Shown: positions 52,753-64,000 of the stretch, piece by piece
Layout of the letters: every line of letters starts with the position of its first letter
Position numbering within the stretch: the stretch's first letter is position 1
NCBI RefSeq assembly: GCF_001194135.2
Contig: NC_068983.1
Span: forward strand, 8,770,259 to 8,834,258
Source of the DNA: Octopus bimaculoides
Lineage: Eukaryota
DNA: 64,000 nt
Direction: 5' to 3'
The notes under the pieces: model-generated
What the model was told of the DNA's origin: nothing
Databases searched by the model: none
The model's input: the letters and a program-made list of their open reading frames with translations, nothing else
Program-made: the position numbers and the translations under genes

Positions 52753-52997
52753 GGGCATATGGCGTAGGGATTAAGAGCGCGGGCTACTAACCCCATGATT
52801 CCGAGTTCGATTCCAAGCAGCGACCTGAACACATAATAATAATATTAATATCGAATTATACCTTAGGAATGATAACCCAGGTGCGAAATTTTCCCCAAAA
52901 CACCTGAAGAAGGTTGGAAGGTTTATTAGCCGAAACGTTGTGTTAACAACAAGCAAGATGACAAATATCCGTCGAATGTAAATAATGTACAATGTCT
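52753..52997 (+). mobile_element. tRNA-headed SINE-like element with a hammerhead-bearing 3' part
   Basis: A-box-like TGGCGTAGGGA (52760-52770), anticodon-arm-like CGGG-CTACTAA-CCCC, B-box AGTTCGATTCC (52804-52814), a hammerhead motif at 52899-52944 and an ATGTAAATAATGTAC tail. Confidence 0.8.
52899..52944 (+). ncRNA. Minimal type I hammerhead ribozyme motif
   Basis: AACAC-CTGAAGA-A-GGTTG(GAAGGTTTAT)TAGCC-GAAA-CG-TT-GTGTT. Stem I is AACAC/GTGTT (5 bp), stem II is GGTTG/TAGCC, and stem III is reduced to the palindrome ACGT. There is one extra A after the core. Confidence 0.7.
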
Positions 52998-53012
52998 CAA
53001 TAATCAACTTTT

Positions 53013-53216
53013 GTAAGGCAAGCAGGCAGACACGTTAGCGCGCCGGGCGAAATGCTTAACGTTATTTCGTCTGTCTTTACATTCTGAGTTAAAATTCCGC
53101 CGAGCTCGACTTTGCCGTTCATCCTTTCGGGGTCGATAAATTAAGTACCAGTCGATCTAATCGACTGGCTCCCTTCCCCAAAATGCCAGGCCGTGTGCCT
53201 AGAGTAGAAAAGAATA
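53013..53216 (+). mobile_element. SINE-B
   Basis: CGTTAGCGCGCCGGGCGAAATGCTTA..CTGAGTTAAAATTCCGCCGAG..TTCATCCTTTCGGGGTCGATAAATTAAGTACCAG. Confidence 0.92.
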
Positions 53217-53265
53217 ATCAACTTATGTAAAGGACTCCCACAAAACTGATCTATAGCTAATATGC

Positions 53266-54190
53266 CAACAAACAAAATAAGTCAAAGTAAATACGATCAA
53301 TTGTATTTAATCTGTTGTCATGGATACAAAATTTTATATTCACAGCTATACCTATGTCTCTCTTTCTCTCAAAACGCATTGATTTCCCTTGTCAGCACAA
53401 GAGAATTTCATCGGTCAATGTACCATCAATTGATCAATTCCATCATATCACAAGATTCGAAATAGCAGATAAAAATACAGCAAGTATATTCACTTCAGCA
53501 TTCTACAGTTTGAAAGCATTTAAAATTGTAATGCCAATAATTTGCGATTTCAGTTGGAAATTTTAGACTTTGCTGCTTTGAGTTTTTCAATCAAGTTATA
53601 ACCAGCCATGCTTTCTAATAATAATTAACCATTCAAACTGGAATTTTCGAAGAGACTCGGGTGAAATAGCAATGTAAAATCTGTCACATTCTGTAGGATA
53701 GCCATACCTGCAAGATATTTTGTCGGATCACAATATTGAAGGCAACCGATCTGCCTGGAGAATGTCGATATTTCCATTCTACCCATCAACTGCTGCGGTT
53801 TAGGGTAAAGCAGTAGGTTAACAAGATATGTAATTTGCCATGTTCCCCAAATACAATTCTTGGGAAAGTACTTCATTAAAACAAAAGACGGCTGCACGAT
53901 ATTTCCACAACTCGGTAAATGTCACAACAAACAAAATAAGTCAAAGTAAATACGATCAATTGTATTTAATCTGTTGTCATGGATACAAAATTTTATATTC
54001 ACAGCTATACCTATGTCTCTCTTTCTCTCAAAACGCATTGATTTCCCTTGTCAGCACAAGAGAATTTCATCGGTCAATGTACCATCAATTGATCAATTCC
54101 ATCATATCACAAGATTCGAAATAGCAGATAAAAATACAGCAAGTATATTCACTTCAGCATTCTACAGTTTGAAAGCATTTAAAATTGTAA
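53266..54190 (+). repeat. Identical 266-bp direct repeat (53266-53531 and 53925-54190)
   Basis: No mismatch found by eye; offset 659 bp; no gap nearby. The first copy is flanked by ATGCCAA on both sides. Confidence 0.95.
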
Positions 54191-54655
54191 ATGCAATCAC
54201 AAGAAAATCACAGAAGATACAAAGAAAATATTTCTTTTATTTGTTGAAACATATGAAAGATGGAGAATGTGGCGTATAATATATATATCTTCAACGTTTT
54301 TTATGCAATGATTTCTGCATATGATTATAAAGGGAATTGTCATCTAAATGAAATTAAAGAAAGAAAAATAAATTGAAAAATAACAATCTGTTGGATATTA
54401 ATAAATTGTCAGTTGTGTATGTAAAAGATTGAATTTACTTTGAAGATGTTCAATTTGAGCAATCAAAATATTTGTAATACCTTAATTACATTTCACCAAT
54501 TGCAAATTTAAAGATCTGAATTGTTGGTGTATTTTTTTATTTGTGTACGTTGAATTGCATGTGACTATGTGTAAGTGGGCGTCCGTATAATTCTGATATA
54601 TTTTGTTGTAAAGAATAAGCGTACAGATAAATACACACATACTGTGATATATAGG

Positions 54656-54811
54656 GTGTGTGATAAGTAGCTTGCTTACCAACCACATGATTCCGGGATC
54701 AGTCCTACTGCGTGGCACTTTGGTCAAGTGTCTTCTACTATATCCTCGGGCGGGCCGAACTAAGCCTTGTCAGTGGATTTGGTGGACTGAAACTGAAAGA
54801 AGCCCGTCATC

Positions 54812-54813
<2 letters not shown>
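54656..54813 (+). mobile_element. SINE-A head and body, running into (TA)n and a gap
   Basis: TAGCTTGCTTACCAACCACATGATTCCGGG..GCGTGGCACTTTGGTCAAGTG..GAAACTGAAAGAAGCCCGTC. Confidence 0.92.
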
Positions 54814-54851
<38 letters not shown>

Positions 54852-55210
54852 NNNNNNNNNNNNNNNNNNNNNNNNNNNNNNNNNNNNNNNNNNNNNNNNN
54901 NNNNNNNNNNNNNNNNNNNNNNNNNNNNNNNNNNNNNNNNNNNNNNNNNNNNNNNNNNNNNNNNNNNNNNNNNNNNNNNNNNNNNNNNNNNNNNNNNNNN
55001 NNNNNNNNNNNNNNNNNNNNNNNNNNNNNNNNNNNNNNNNNNNNNNNNNNNNNNNNNNNNNNNNNNNNNNNNNNNNNNNNNNNNNNNNNNNNNNNNNNNN
55101 NNNNNNNNNNNNNNNNNNNNNNNNNNNNNNNNNNNNNNNNNNNNNNNNNNNNNNNNNNNNNNNNNNNNNNNNNNNNNNNNNNNNNNNNNNNNNNNNNNNN
55201 NNNNNNNNNN

Positions 55211-55257
<47 letters not shown>

Positions 55258-55361
55258 CCACAGCTAACGCACGAACTAACAATACACATACCTTGTGTAT
55301 GTGTGTTCGATTTAGTTTACAAACATCGAGCTGCTTCTAATTCCTATTTGAATATATGCAT

Positions 55362-56040
55362 CTACATTCTGTTTGCGCTATTGAATTTCGTAGGAGCGTG
55401 TTTTGAGCATGCATAGATGGCAATGTACTCAAAGCGCTGCCATGTGGTTTCAATGTCAGTGGAACCAGTCGATAAAAGACAGATCCTTTCTGATTGCTCT
55501 CCAGTCCGGATTTTTGATGTGTGCATAGAAGAGTTGTTTTTCTCTATTGGTGGGCTCATTGGTCAGTGGTCCCATTGTAATAGCATAGCAAGCTGTTGTT
55601 GTTGAAGTGGTAATGAATCCTGGCTTGCAACATTAGGGCTGGGTCTAATTAGGTCAGATAGTGATACCAAACGATTCCAAAATAGGAGCAGGCTCTTGTT
55701 GCGGTAGTGAATCCTCATTTGTCCCCATTGTGTTGGGTGGAATTAAGTTAAGTTGCGATACCACAGGGGATGTAGTTTGCTGCTGGCTAACGGGTCGCTG
55801 AGATGACCCCTTGACCTGTCGTTATTGAGTTGGTGCACTACATCTATTGACCAATATAGCTTCTAGTGTTACCATATGCGTGTGTAAGATAAGAAATGAT
55901 CTTCTGATTTCTTTTATTTTGTTCTCGACCTCTCTTACAGATCTGTAAAAGGACTGTGACGCTAATTTTTCTGCGATTTTACTGTAGACTATAGCTTTTA
56001 CCCTCTCAGTATCATAAGCATACATCTGTGCACTAATTTC
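55362..56040 (-). mobile_element. Degraded element: Myb/SANT(trihelix)-like ORF, Q/P/S-rich linker, CR1/L2-type ORF2 linker
   Basis: Minus strand: VYSKIAEKLASQSFYRSVREVENKIKEIRRSF (55822-56025 ORF), a low-complexity stretch, then KNPDWRAIRKDLSFIDW / STDIETTWQRFEYIAIYACSKHAPTK, which resembles the ADW..IR..LS.IDW...W..F..I...C.K..P region after the CR1/L2 endonuclease. Confidence 0.7.
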
Positions 56041-56224
56041 GTTTTCTACTCAGTGGCGTTTTGAAATATTATTGGCCATATTCTGAGGATAGAGCAGTAT
56101 TATATACTGTACGTTAGTTATCGTTGATTGGATGTGTGATCGTCAATGTGGAGTAGGAGAGTTTATGTTGATATATTATGTTGATATATTGTTAATATGT
56201 TAACGTTTATATATGTTTGTTATG

Positions 56225-56274
<50 letters not shown>

Positions 56275-56275
<1 letters not shown>

Positions 56276-56392
56276 TTCGTAATAAGATATGAAAAAAAAA
56301 AAAAACAAGGCTGTGTATAATATAGAACATTTATAAATGTTCTATATTATACACAGTCTTGTTTTTTTTTTATTTTTATCTCATTGTGAAAA
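56275..56392. repeat. Loop-less palindrome centred at 56333/56334
   Basis: AAAACAAGGCTGTGTATAATATAGAACATTTA|TAAATGTTCTATATTATACACAGTCTTGTTTT has one mismatch in the core and weaker pairing further out. Confidence 0.92.
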
Positions 56393-56783
56393 GTAAATCC
56401 TTGTATACACACGCTGATATATGACCAACGTTGGACCCCTTATTCGCATAATCACCGAACCTGGAATTTAACTATGGTCTATCCATAGCACTTACTCAGC
56501 ATTACCTGAGTGTCGGGGGGGATGTCATTCTCTTTTAGTGCCTTATTTAATTTAACACCGATTTACACTCATTTGCTTATTTACTGTTACTAAAATTTTC
56601 GTTGCAACTTGGAACCATTTCAATAGTCGTTGACTCTGTCCGTTATTGGAATTGCGTTCTCTTGTTTTGTGTTTTTTCGTACGCATGCTTGCGCATACAT
56701 AGGTATATATGCATGTGTGTGTGTGTGCATATGCATACATGTGTGCACGACGTCTTTTGTATCTTGCAAACCAAATACATAAA

Positions 56784-56814
<31 letters not shown>

Positions 56815-56818
<4 letters not shown>

Positions 56819-57300
56819 GTACCTCTCTTCACCCACATACCAACGCTCCACCCAGATTACCATTGGATCTTCGTACTCTTTCGAACTCTACCTTCACGAA
56901 TCTCACTGGCTATTTTCGGTGATGCAATTCGCTCTGATTTACCACAACTTTCGAAGTTTCTGAATTTTAAACTCCGTACATTAATAACTTTCCCATTCTC
57001 TCCCCCTTTTATATTTTTTGCTCTTTCTCTTTCTCTCTCCTTTCACCACCGCCTAAAATAACCCTTAACGCGCTTTATTTCCTCTGCTTTCAAACTTCTA
57101 TTACTGCCCCACACAAATGATCTTCATATACCTGGACTGTGTCATCGCTTCCCCCTAATGGTACCATGTTGGACCGTTGAACTATCTTTTTATTTCTTTC
57201 TCTTGAAGAGCGTAGAGTCGAAGCGCAAAAGAACGCTAAACTAATACACCTGTTTGTTGTTCCTACACCTGTCTTGTTTTCCTGTAAATTTTAACTATAT
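56815..57300 (+). mobile_element. Penelope-like 3' remnant
   Basis: The 3' end TTGAAGAGCGTAGAGTCGAAGCG..CTAATACACCTGTTTGTTG..ACACCTGTCTT is shared with 33685-33830. Confidence 0.5.
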
Positions 57301-58642
57301 GTTTATATGCATTTGTATAATATATGTGTGCGTGTTTCCGTGTCTGTGTTGTGTTCGTGTGTGTGTGTGTGTAAGCGTATATATACATATATACTGGGTT
57401 TTGTAATATACAATATATATACCAATATATGCATAATGTAATAAATATTAATTGTTTGTGTGCGTTTGTCTATGTAGGTCTATGAATTTTGTACAAGATC
57501 TATAAGATATTCTATAAAAAAAAAATTCCTTGGCCACGTGGTTGTATCTTTGGAAATATTAAACAGCAGACAGTAAATCGATAAATACATCATGAAGACA
57601 AAATTATTCATTATTTGTAAATCTTGAAGTTATATGATACTTTTTTTTTTTTCTCATACGCCAACGTGATCCAGATATATCAACATACAAGTACAATTTT
57701 TTAATGCTTCTAGCATTCCGTGTGCGTGTGTATTTATGCTTCACTGTGTGTATTTGTGTATGTCTATGTGTGCTATTTGGTTTTCACATTCTATGGACAA
57801 TATATTGGATATAAATAAATAAGTTTAATATATATATTAACTTGATACTTATATCATGGACATAAAGACTTTAAGACGTGTATCCGTTCATAATATTTAC
57901 AATAAGAACATTATTATAATATACGAAATAACTATGCGCCAAAATACATATTCAATTATTTTGGTTATTTCAAATATTTTATTTCATGTTTTTTTTTATT
58001 ATTTGATAACTTATGATGAGATATCAGACATAATTTAATTGTAACAAATGTTCCATTATTACCAATTCCAATTTTATTGAATAAAACATCAAATAAAACA
58101 TAATTGTATACATTTAATATTACTTATGAAACAAATTACCTAGAGGAAACGAATAAACTAAAACGCTGAAGCGGATATATCATAAAAGGTATTCATTTAT
58201 ATATATTAGCTACACACACAGAGACACAGAAACACGCATATACATACATACATAAGCACGCGCAAACACGCACGCGCAAACACGCATTTACATAAAGACA
58301 TATACGAAAACACAAATACATACAACTAACCATTCATATACACGTACAGAAAAAAGGATATACAGAACGGTGACAAACGTATAGACAAATCGAGGAGGGA
58401 GGGAGGGTGACGGTTATAGGCACGTATATAGATCGAGCAAGCAATATATATATACATGTGTATGTATATGTATGCATACACACAATTATATAAAATTGTG
58501 TATGTATATGTTCAAAATTGTGTATGTATATGTTCAAAATGTCTCAGTGGGTAAAGTGTTCGCGTCGCATTTACACGATATTTTTTTTTCTGTCTCCTTC
58601 GCCGTAACTTGGAGAAGTTCATTAGAATATTGCCTCCACGTT

Positions 58643-58819
58643 GGGGCGACGAGCTGTCAGAAACGTTCGTCTGCCATTACATTCTTAGTTCAAATTCCTC
58701 CACGGTCAACTTTGCCATTCATTCATTCGGGGCCGATAAATAAAGTACCAGTTGCGTACTGGAGTCGATCAAATCGACTGGCCCCCTCACCCAAAATGTG
58801 CCTAGATTACAAAAGAATA
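58643..58819 (+). mobile_element. SINE-B with internal deletion
   Basis: GGCGACGAGCTGTCAGAAACGTT..TTCATTCATTCGGGGCCGATAAATAAAGTACCAG. Confidence 0.85.
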
Positions 58820-58869
58820 TTGCACCTCGCCAATGCATTTTCAGTAACAGGTAGCGCAGTAACGTAATG

Positions 58870-58900
<31 letters not shown>

Positions 58901-60913
58901 GTATATATATGTATANNNNNNNNNNNNNNNNNNNNNNNNNNNNNNNNNNNNNNNNNNNNNNNNNNNNNNNNNNNNNNNNNNNNNNNNNNNNNNNNNNNNN
59001 NNNNNNNNNNNNNNNTACATATATATTTATATATTTATATATATACATATATATTTATATATTTACATATATATTTATATATTTATATATATACATATGT
59101 ATATATTCGTTATACAAAAAGACACCCGTTTGGGATTCAAACTTTATATTTCTAATATTTTTCATAATTTTGTCTTCTATGCAGATAACCCGTTAAGGCC
59201 AAATGTTTTCATTTATAACGTTTGCAAAACTAATTTTCTGAAAGGTATGAATAGAAATGCTATATATCTTGGAAAATCTTTAATCGGTATTGAATAAAAT
59301 CTTTGTTCCTGTTGGTCCGCTAGGATATCTATTTGAATTCCATAAATAATAAGATACCGATAGCTGAACGAAAATTAGTTTTTTATGGCATATTATGTTC
59401 AGTAGAAACTGAAAATTTTCGGCTGAATACTCAACCACATATATTTCCATCCGCTCTCTTTAAAGTATACAATGAATTCAATACTTTATTTCGTATATTA
59501 TCTTGATATCCGATATATTTATTTATTTACATATTAGTAGTCTATTATTATCAAGCAGTTCCAATAAAACACCTATTATTGTTTGTGCATTTCTATGCAC
59601 ACATTTATGCATTTCAACACATATATTCAGCCATTAATAATTTTTTTACATTTGTACACGATATATATATATATATATATTTCTGCCTCTCTCTGTGTGT
59701 GCGTGTGCGTGTGTGTGCGTGTGCGTGTGCGTATGTGTGTGCGTGTGCGTGTGTGTGTGTGTGTACAAATACACAAATATACATTTCATGTATATTGGTT
59801 TGATATAAAAATATTTCTAAAATGTTCGGCTTCGCACACATAAATCGTATTTTTCAACATAATTTATCTTAAGAGCTATAAAGTATCGCATGTACACTAC
59901 CAATATCTTATCGTATCTTTTTATTATAAACTTTCCTTATGATTGTTGGTATTATTTGTAACGAAATACACTGGGAAAATGTCGTCATGTGATCTTTTGT
60001 GGCGTTATTCTTGGGTCTATATCATAAGTATTGAACATTGAACTTGAAATACGAACTGGATATGGTGGGAATATTCCGGGCGTTCCAAACGACACATTCA
60101 ATTTAAGATGGATGTGGAAATTAATATCCGTTATAAAGGCGCCTTCCATCTTAAATAGTTGATTTACACACATCTCGCCAGATTTTTCCTACGTTGCTCA
60201 CAGTTTAGTTAGTGTTAAAGTATATCCATATGACAGACTTTGACCTGGCATTCAGTGGAAGGGTGACTGTTGCTGCTGAATAGCAATTACACTGAAATTA
60301 TGAGATGTAACAGTCCCATCCACCGGCAATGACGACATTTATTCTGCCGGTATAATCTGATGTGTGTTTAGCTCTGAACATCTAGACGTGTTGATTTCTC
60401 AAGACTATGACCTCTGCCTTCGACGTTCAGAATAACACATCCAAGTTAAGTTTGATGCACAAATTAATGTTTCTTTACAAATGTTGCTACATTTAATAGC
60501 TACGCTACACTAATCGATGTTTTTTCATAGATACAAACCATCAAATTGTCTGTGCAGTTCAGTATCTCGTTCCTCATGATTCAGCTGGTATATATTTTGT
60601 GGACACGGAAGGACACAATGTAAAGTAGATTTCGCTGGTATATGAAATTCAATTCTGATAATTGATGATTGAAACTAGGATTCACTATACGCTCAGAGAG
60701 AAGGATGAACTGAATATTGCTCAAATGATACCCTACGAATTATATATTGTAAACTAATAGACGTAGTAGTCATATCTGGATTGACTATAATTATAGATCT
60801 GCCTGATTGTGAGGTAACATAGGATAAACGACGGTAATAATAACAACAAAAGTTAGTAAGGTGAATGGATCTATTGCATAAACTAGAGCAATAGTTAATT
60901 TCCTCTATGAGAT

Positions 60914-61095
60914 GCAGGTAAAACGCTTAGCGGAATTTTGTTCATTTTCGTGTTCGGAGCTCAAATTTCGCCGATTTCGACTTCCCATTTCTTCATTTCT
61001 GGGTCGATAAAATAAGCACCAGTCGAATTCTGTGGTCGATGTAATCGACTCAAACACTCCTCTTAAGTCGTTGAACTTGTTCTAATATTTGAGAG
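60914..61095 (+). mobile_element. Degenerate SINE-B
   Basis: CGCTTAGCGG..GGGTCGATAAAATAAGCACCAG..GGTCGATGTAATCGACT. Confidence 0.7.
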
Positions 61096-61583
61096 TGTAG
61101 TGGTTGATAGAAGAAGCAAGGGGGCACACAAGAGTTAATGCAGTATTTACGTAAGTTTCAATATGCCCCGAGTTGAAAAATCACCATGGTCAACTTTAGC
61201 TTTATCCTCTTCTAGTTCCGTAAAAAAACATACGTTTCAAGTACTTTGCCAATCCAATGCTGTAACTGTATTATAAATCCCTATTTCCATACATCCTAAT
61301 TTATGTCATTTTTTTTTGCGATTCTAGCTTAATTCCCAACGATGTTTACTCTTTGTATTATTCGTTTAGAAAGTCAAAATTTAAACCTGTTCTGAGTTTC
61401 CTGTAACGGGCAAAACGTGTAATTTTTCGTTATTGCTACAAATAATTTTTATTGATCTATCGTTTGATCCTACTTATCTACTTAAACGGTAGCTAACTTA
61501 TACTTAAAGAAGCTAACTATGTTATAATTGCTCCCAATACGAAATGTTTTAACAATACGCCTTAACTGATATCTCTACGGATA

Positions 61584-61617
<34 letters not shown>

Positions 61618-61710
61618 AATTTATTAATAAGGGTAGAAATTGATATTAATCAATTAAAACCAGTGGTCTAGCATATTAAAAAAAAAATCCGAAGATTAAA
61701 ATTATATTAC

Positions 61711-62020
61711 ATACAAAAATAAGAGGAATGACCAGCAAAAGTGGACTCCTATATGCTAGAAATAGATGCCGAATCATCTAACAACGAAAAAATATGTTCT
61801 CAGTAAAAAATTAGCGACACAACAGACTGTAAAAGGTCAAGACAAATGACAAAAATACTAAATAATACTATTTAGTATTTTTTCATTTGTCTTGCCCTTT
61901 TAGTTTGTTGTGTCGCTATTTTTTTTACTGAGAACATATTTTCTCGTTGTTAGATGATTCGGCAACTATTTCTAGCATATAGGAGTCCACTTTTGCTGGT
62001 CATTCCTCTTATTTTTGTAT
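61711..62020. repeat. Long imperfect hairpin (~153-bp arms, 4-nt loop)
   Basis: 61711-61864 pairs with 61869-62020. ATACAAAAATAAGAGGAATGACCAGCAAAAGTGGACTCCTATATGCTAGAAATAG is perfectly complemented, with scattered mismatches towards the loop. Confidence 0.93.
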
Positions 62021-64000
62021 ATATTTTTGTATATATATATATATATATATATATACTTTTCTACTGCGAAGAATTAAATGTATATTATAGATATTTATTC
62101 AATGGTGTGTCATGTCCAGTGCTGTCAATGCTTTGTTGATGGGTTTATAATAAGTCTAAAATACGTTGTGTCTTATTTTGCGATTGCTTAAAATTATATT
62201 TAGATATTGCTAATATAGTTTTGATTTTCTTCCGACACAATTAGTTCTTACTATTTTAAAATTTCGCTGCATTAAATATATTAACAGCAACAACTACAGT
62301 TGATTATATTGACTGTAGCAATTACTTTGTATCTATATTATAAATAATATTTATATTGTTTAAGTTGATTTATATTACTGATCGAGACTGAATATAACTT
62401 AAAACGGCATGCGATTTTCGAATTTTGAGAACAACGAATTTATATCTTTGACCTAGAACTGTTGCACGGGCAAGGATTACACAGCATGCTGGATTTACTG
62501 GACCACTTCGATCCTACATTAATTCCTGGATTTAGCTGTAATCAGTAACTATTTATAATGAAATAATGCATGATTTATTGCAGGAGGAATATAGACGTTC
62601 ACATTCTGAGGTAACTTTCGATCAGAAAGAAAGCTACCGCCTTGCATTATAGTTATCAAATACTGCGTTGGATTATAGTTATCAAATAGAAAACAGTTGT
62701 TGAACGAGCTACACTCTCAGCAGATTTCGCAACGCTAGCAGTGAATTTACAACATAGCCAAGGATTAGAGTAAGAAAATTTTGATTCAATAGTAGTTCTG
62801 AACAAGAATTACTAGAGTGGAACCAAATTGTCATGGAGGGACCAGTCCTTACAGAGACAAGATGACGCCGTCTAGTTTGTTAAATACTTGATAAGAGACC
62901 GTACGCTATAACAACTGTACTATTTGCATTATTCCAAAACTTTAATCTTAGCCATTTAAAAATACATACAGAAACTACTATATTCATGTTTGCATAGCTT
63001 CTTAACACATTTTGATGTGATGAACCCTACTTTTCAACGTCATACTTCCTCTTAGTGTCTGAAAGAATTCCAATTCTATAAAAAAAAGTCAGTCGTAGGC
63101 AACTTTATATAAGCCTCAGGAACTTTTCTTATTTCTACTATTCATTTTCATTCGTGTTTGTATTCTTCATACGGTTTCTTTCTTGGTTTCATTCAACTTT
63201 AAGCATGTCAGTTTCATATATAGAGTAATTACTTTGTCTTGCTCAGTAGTATTTTTTATGCGACTGAATTAAATTTTTGTTTAACCTTTCGGCTGTTCGT
63301 CTGCTGTATTGTTGCATCATGAGATCTGGACTCGTGTATCTCTTGTTAATTTCATATTCAATTCATTTTTAAAAATTTTCCTGTGCATTCTATCGCATAC
63401 ATACATACATACATACATACATACATACCAATAGGTAGTACATACATGCATACACACGCCCACACACATTTATAGTGTGTACGCGTGCCTGCGTGCAGTA
63501 GCTTATTAAATTAATTAGTATTATTTCTATAAAGTCTACTTATAACATTCTTTTTAATCCGGAGGCGACTTTTAAACATTCAGAGACTTTATTCATTTAG
63601 TATTTATGAAGTATTTCAATATCTTAATAATGAATGTGTATAGACTTTTTCATATAGGAATCTTGCTACTTTCAAGTATTTAACCCCACTTTGCCAGTAT
63701 ATGCATCAACGTAACAAAACTATGATATAAAAATGTTTATAATATATTCATATATTCTAAACATATAGTATATATTTTCAATAAATAAATATAATATATA
63801 GCATAAAAGGAAATCTCATCTTAAAATGAGGAAAATTACAGACATACAAATTGCAAAAAGTATCAAAATGCAGAAATGAAATTCGAAAAATAAACGTGAT
63901 AACAAAAAGGAAGATTCATTTACACACAGAGGAGTAATTGACCGAGATATAGAATTATTTGATGTATAATATTGATATCGATACCAAGCTAACTACAGAA

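Noticed and set aside
52753-52825. Possible functional tRNA gene
   Set aside because: The acceptor stem does not pair, the T-stem is broken and the anticodon ACT is atypical. It is a SINE head.
53266-53924. piggyBac-like (DEILLC.QGK), MULE-like (AVDG.NGNI) or mitochondrial-code readings of the minus strand
   Set aside because: The matches are short, interrupted by stops and inconsistent with each other; no NUMT-like protein was recognised.
59985-60460. Less AT-rich, repeat-free stretch with a 62-aa minus-strand ORF
   Set aside because: No motif or splice structure could be supported. It could be conserved non-coding DNA, but that needs an alignment.

Overview
This is AT-rich, microsatellite-dense eukaryotic draft-assembly DNA with about 15 N-gaps. 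It is intergenic or deep intronic. The SINE, LINE and microsatellite repertoire resembles what I recall from octopus (coleoid cephalopod) genomes; that assignment is an inference. I can support no intact host protein-coding gene, rRNA, functional tRNA or CRISPR array, and most track ORFs are microsatellite or N artefacts. The interpretable content is transposon debris: RTE, L1/Tx1, CR1/L2, R4/Dong-like and Penelope-like retroelement fragments, an internally deleted Gypsy element, Tc1/mariner transposase remnants, at least three tRNA-derived SINE families, several MITE/foldback palindromes and local duplications. The best leads are: (1) a ~245-bp tRNA-headed element ending in a minimal hammerhead-ribozyme motif (52753-52997); (2) a Myb/SANT-like ORF joined to a CR1/L2 ORF2 linker (55362-56040); (3) an ORF1-like frame with an A-rich tail directly behind a Tx1 element, possibly HAL1-like (43671-44150); (4) an inverted-repeat element containing inward-facing telomere-like repeats (52402-52669); (5) a perfect 266-bp templated insertion with a 7-bp target duplication (53262-54190). 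All protein-family assignments come from eyeballed translation and remembered motifs, not database searches.
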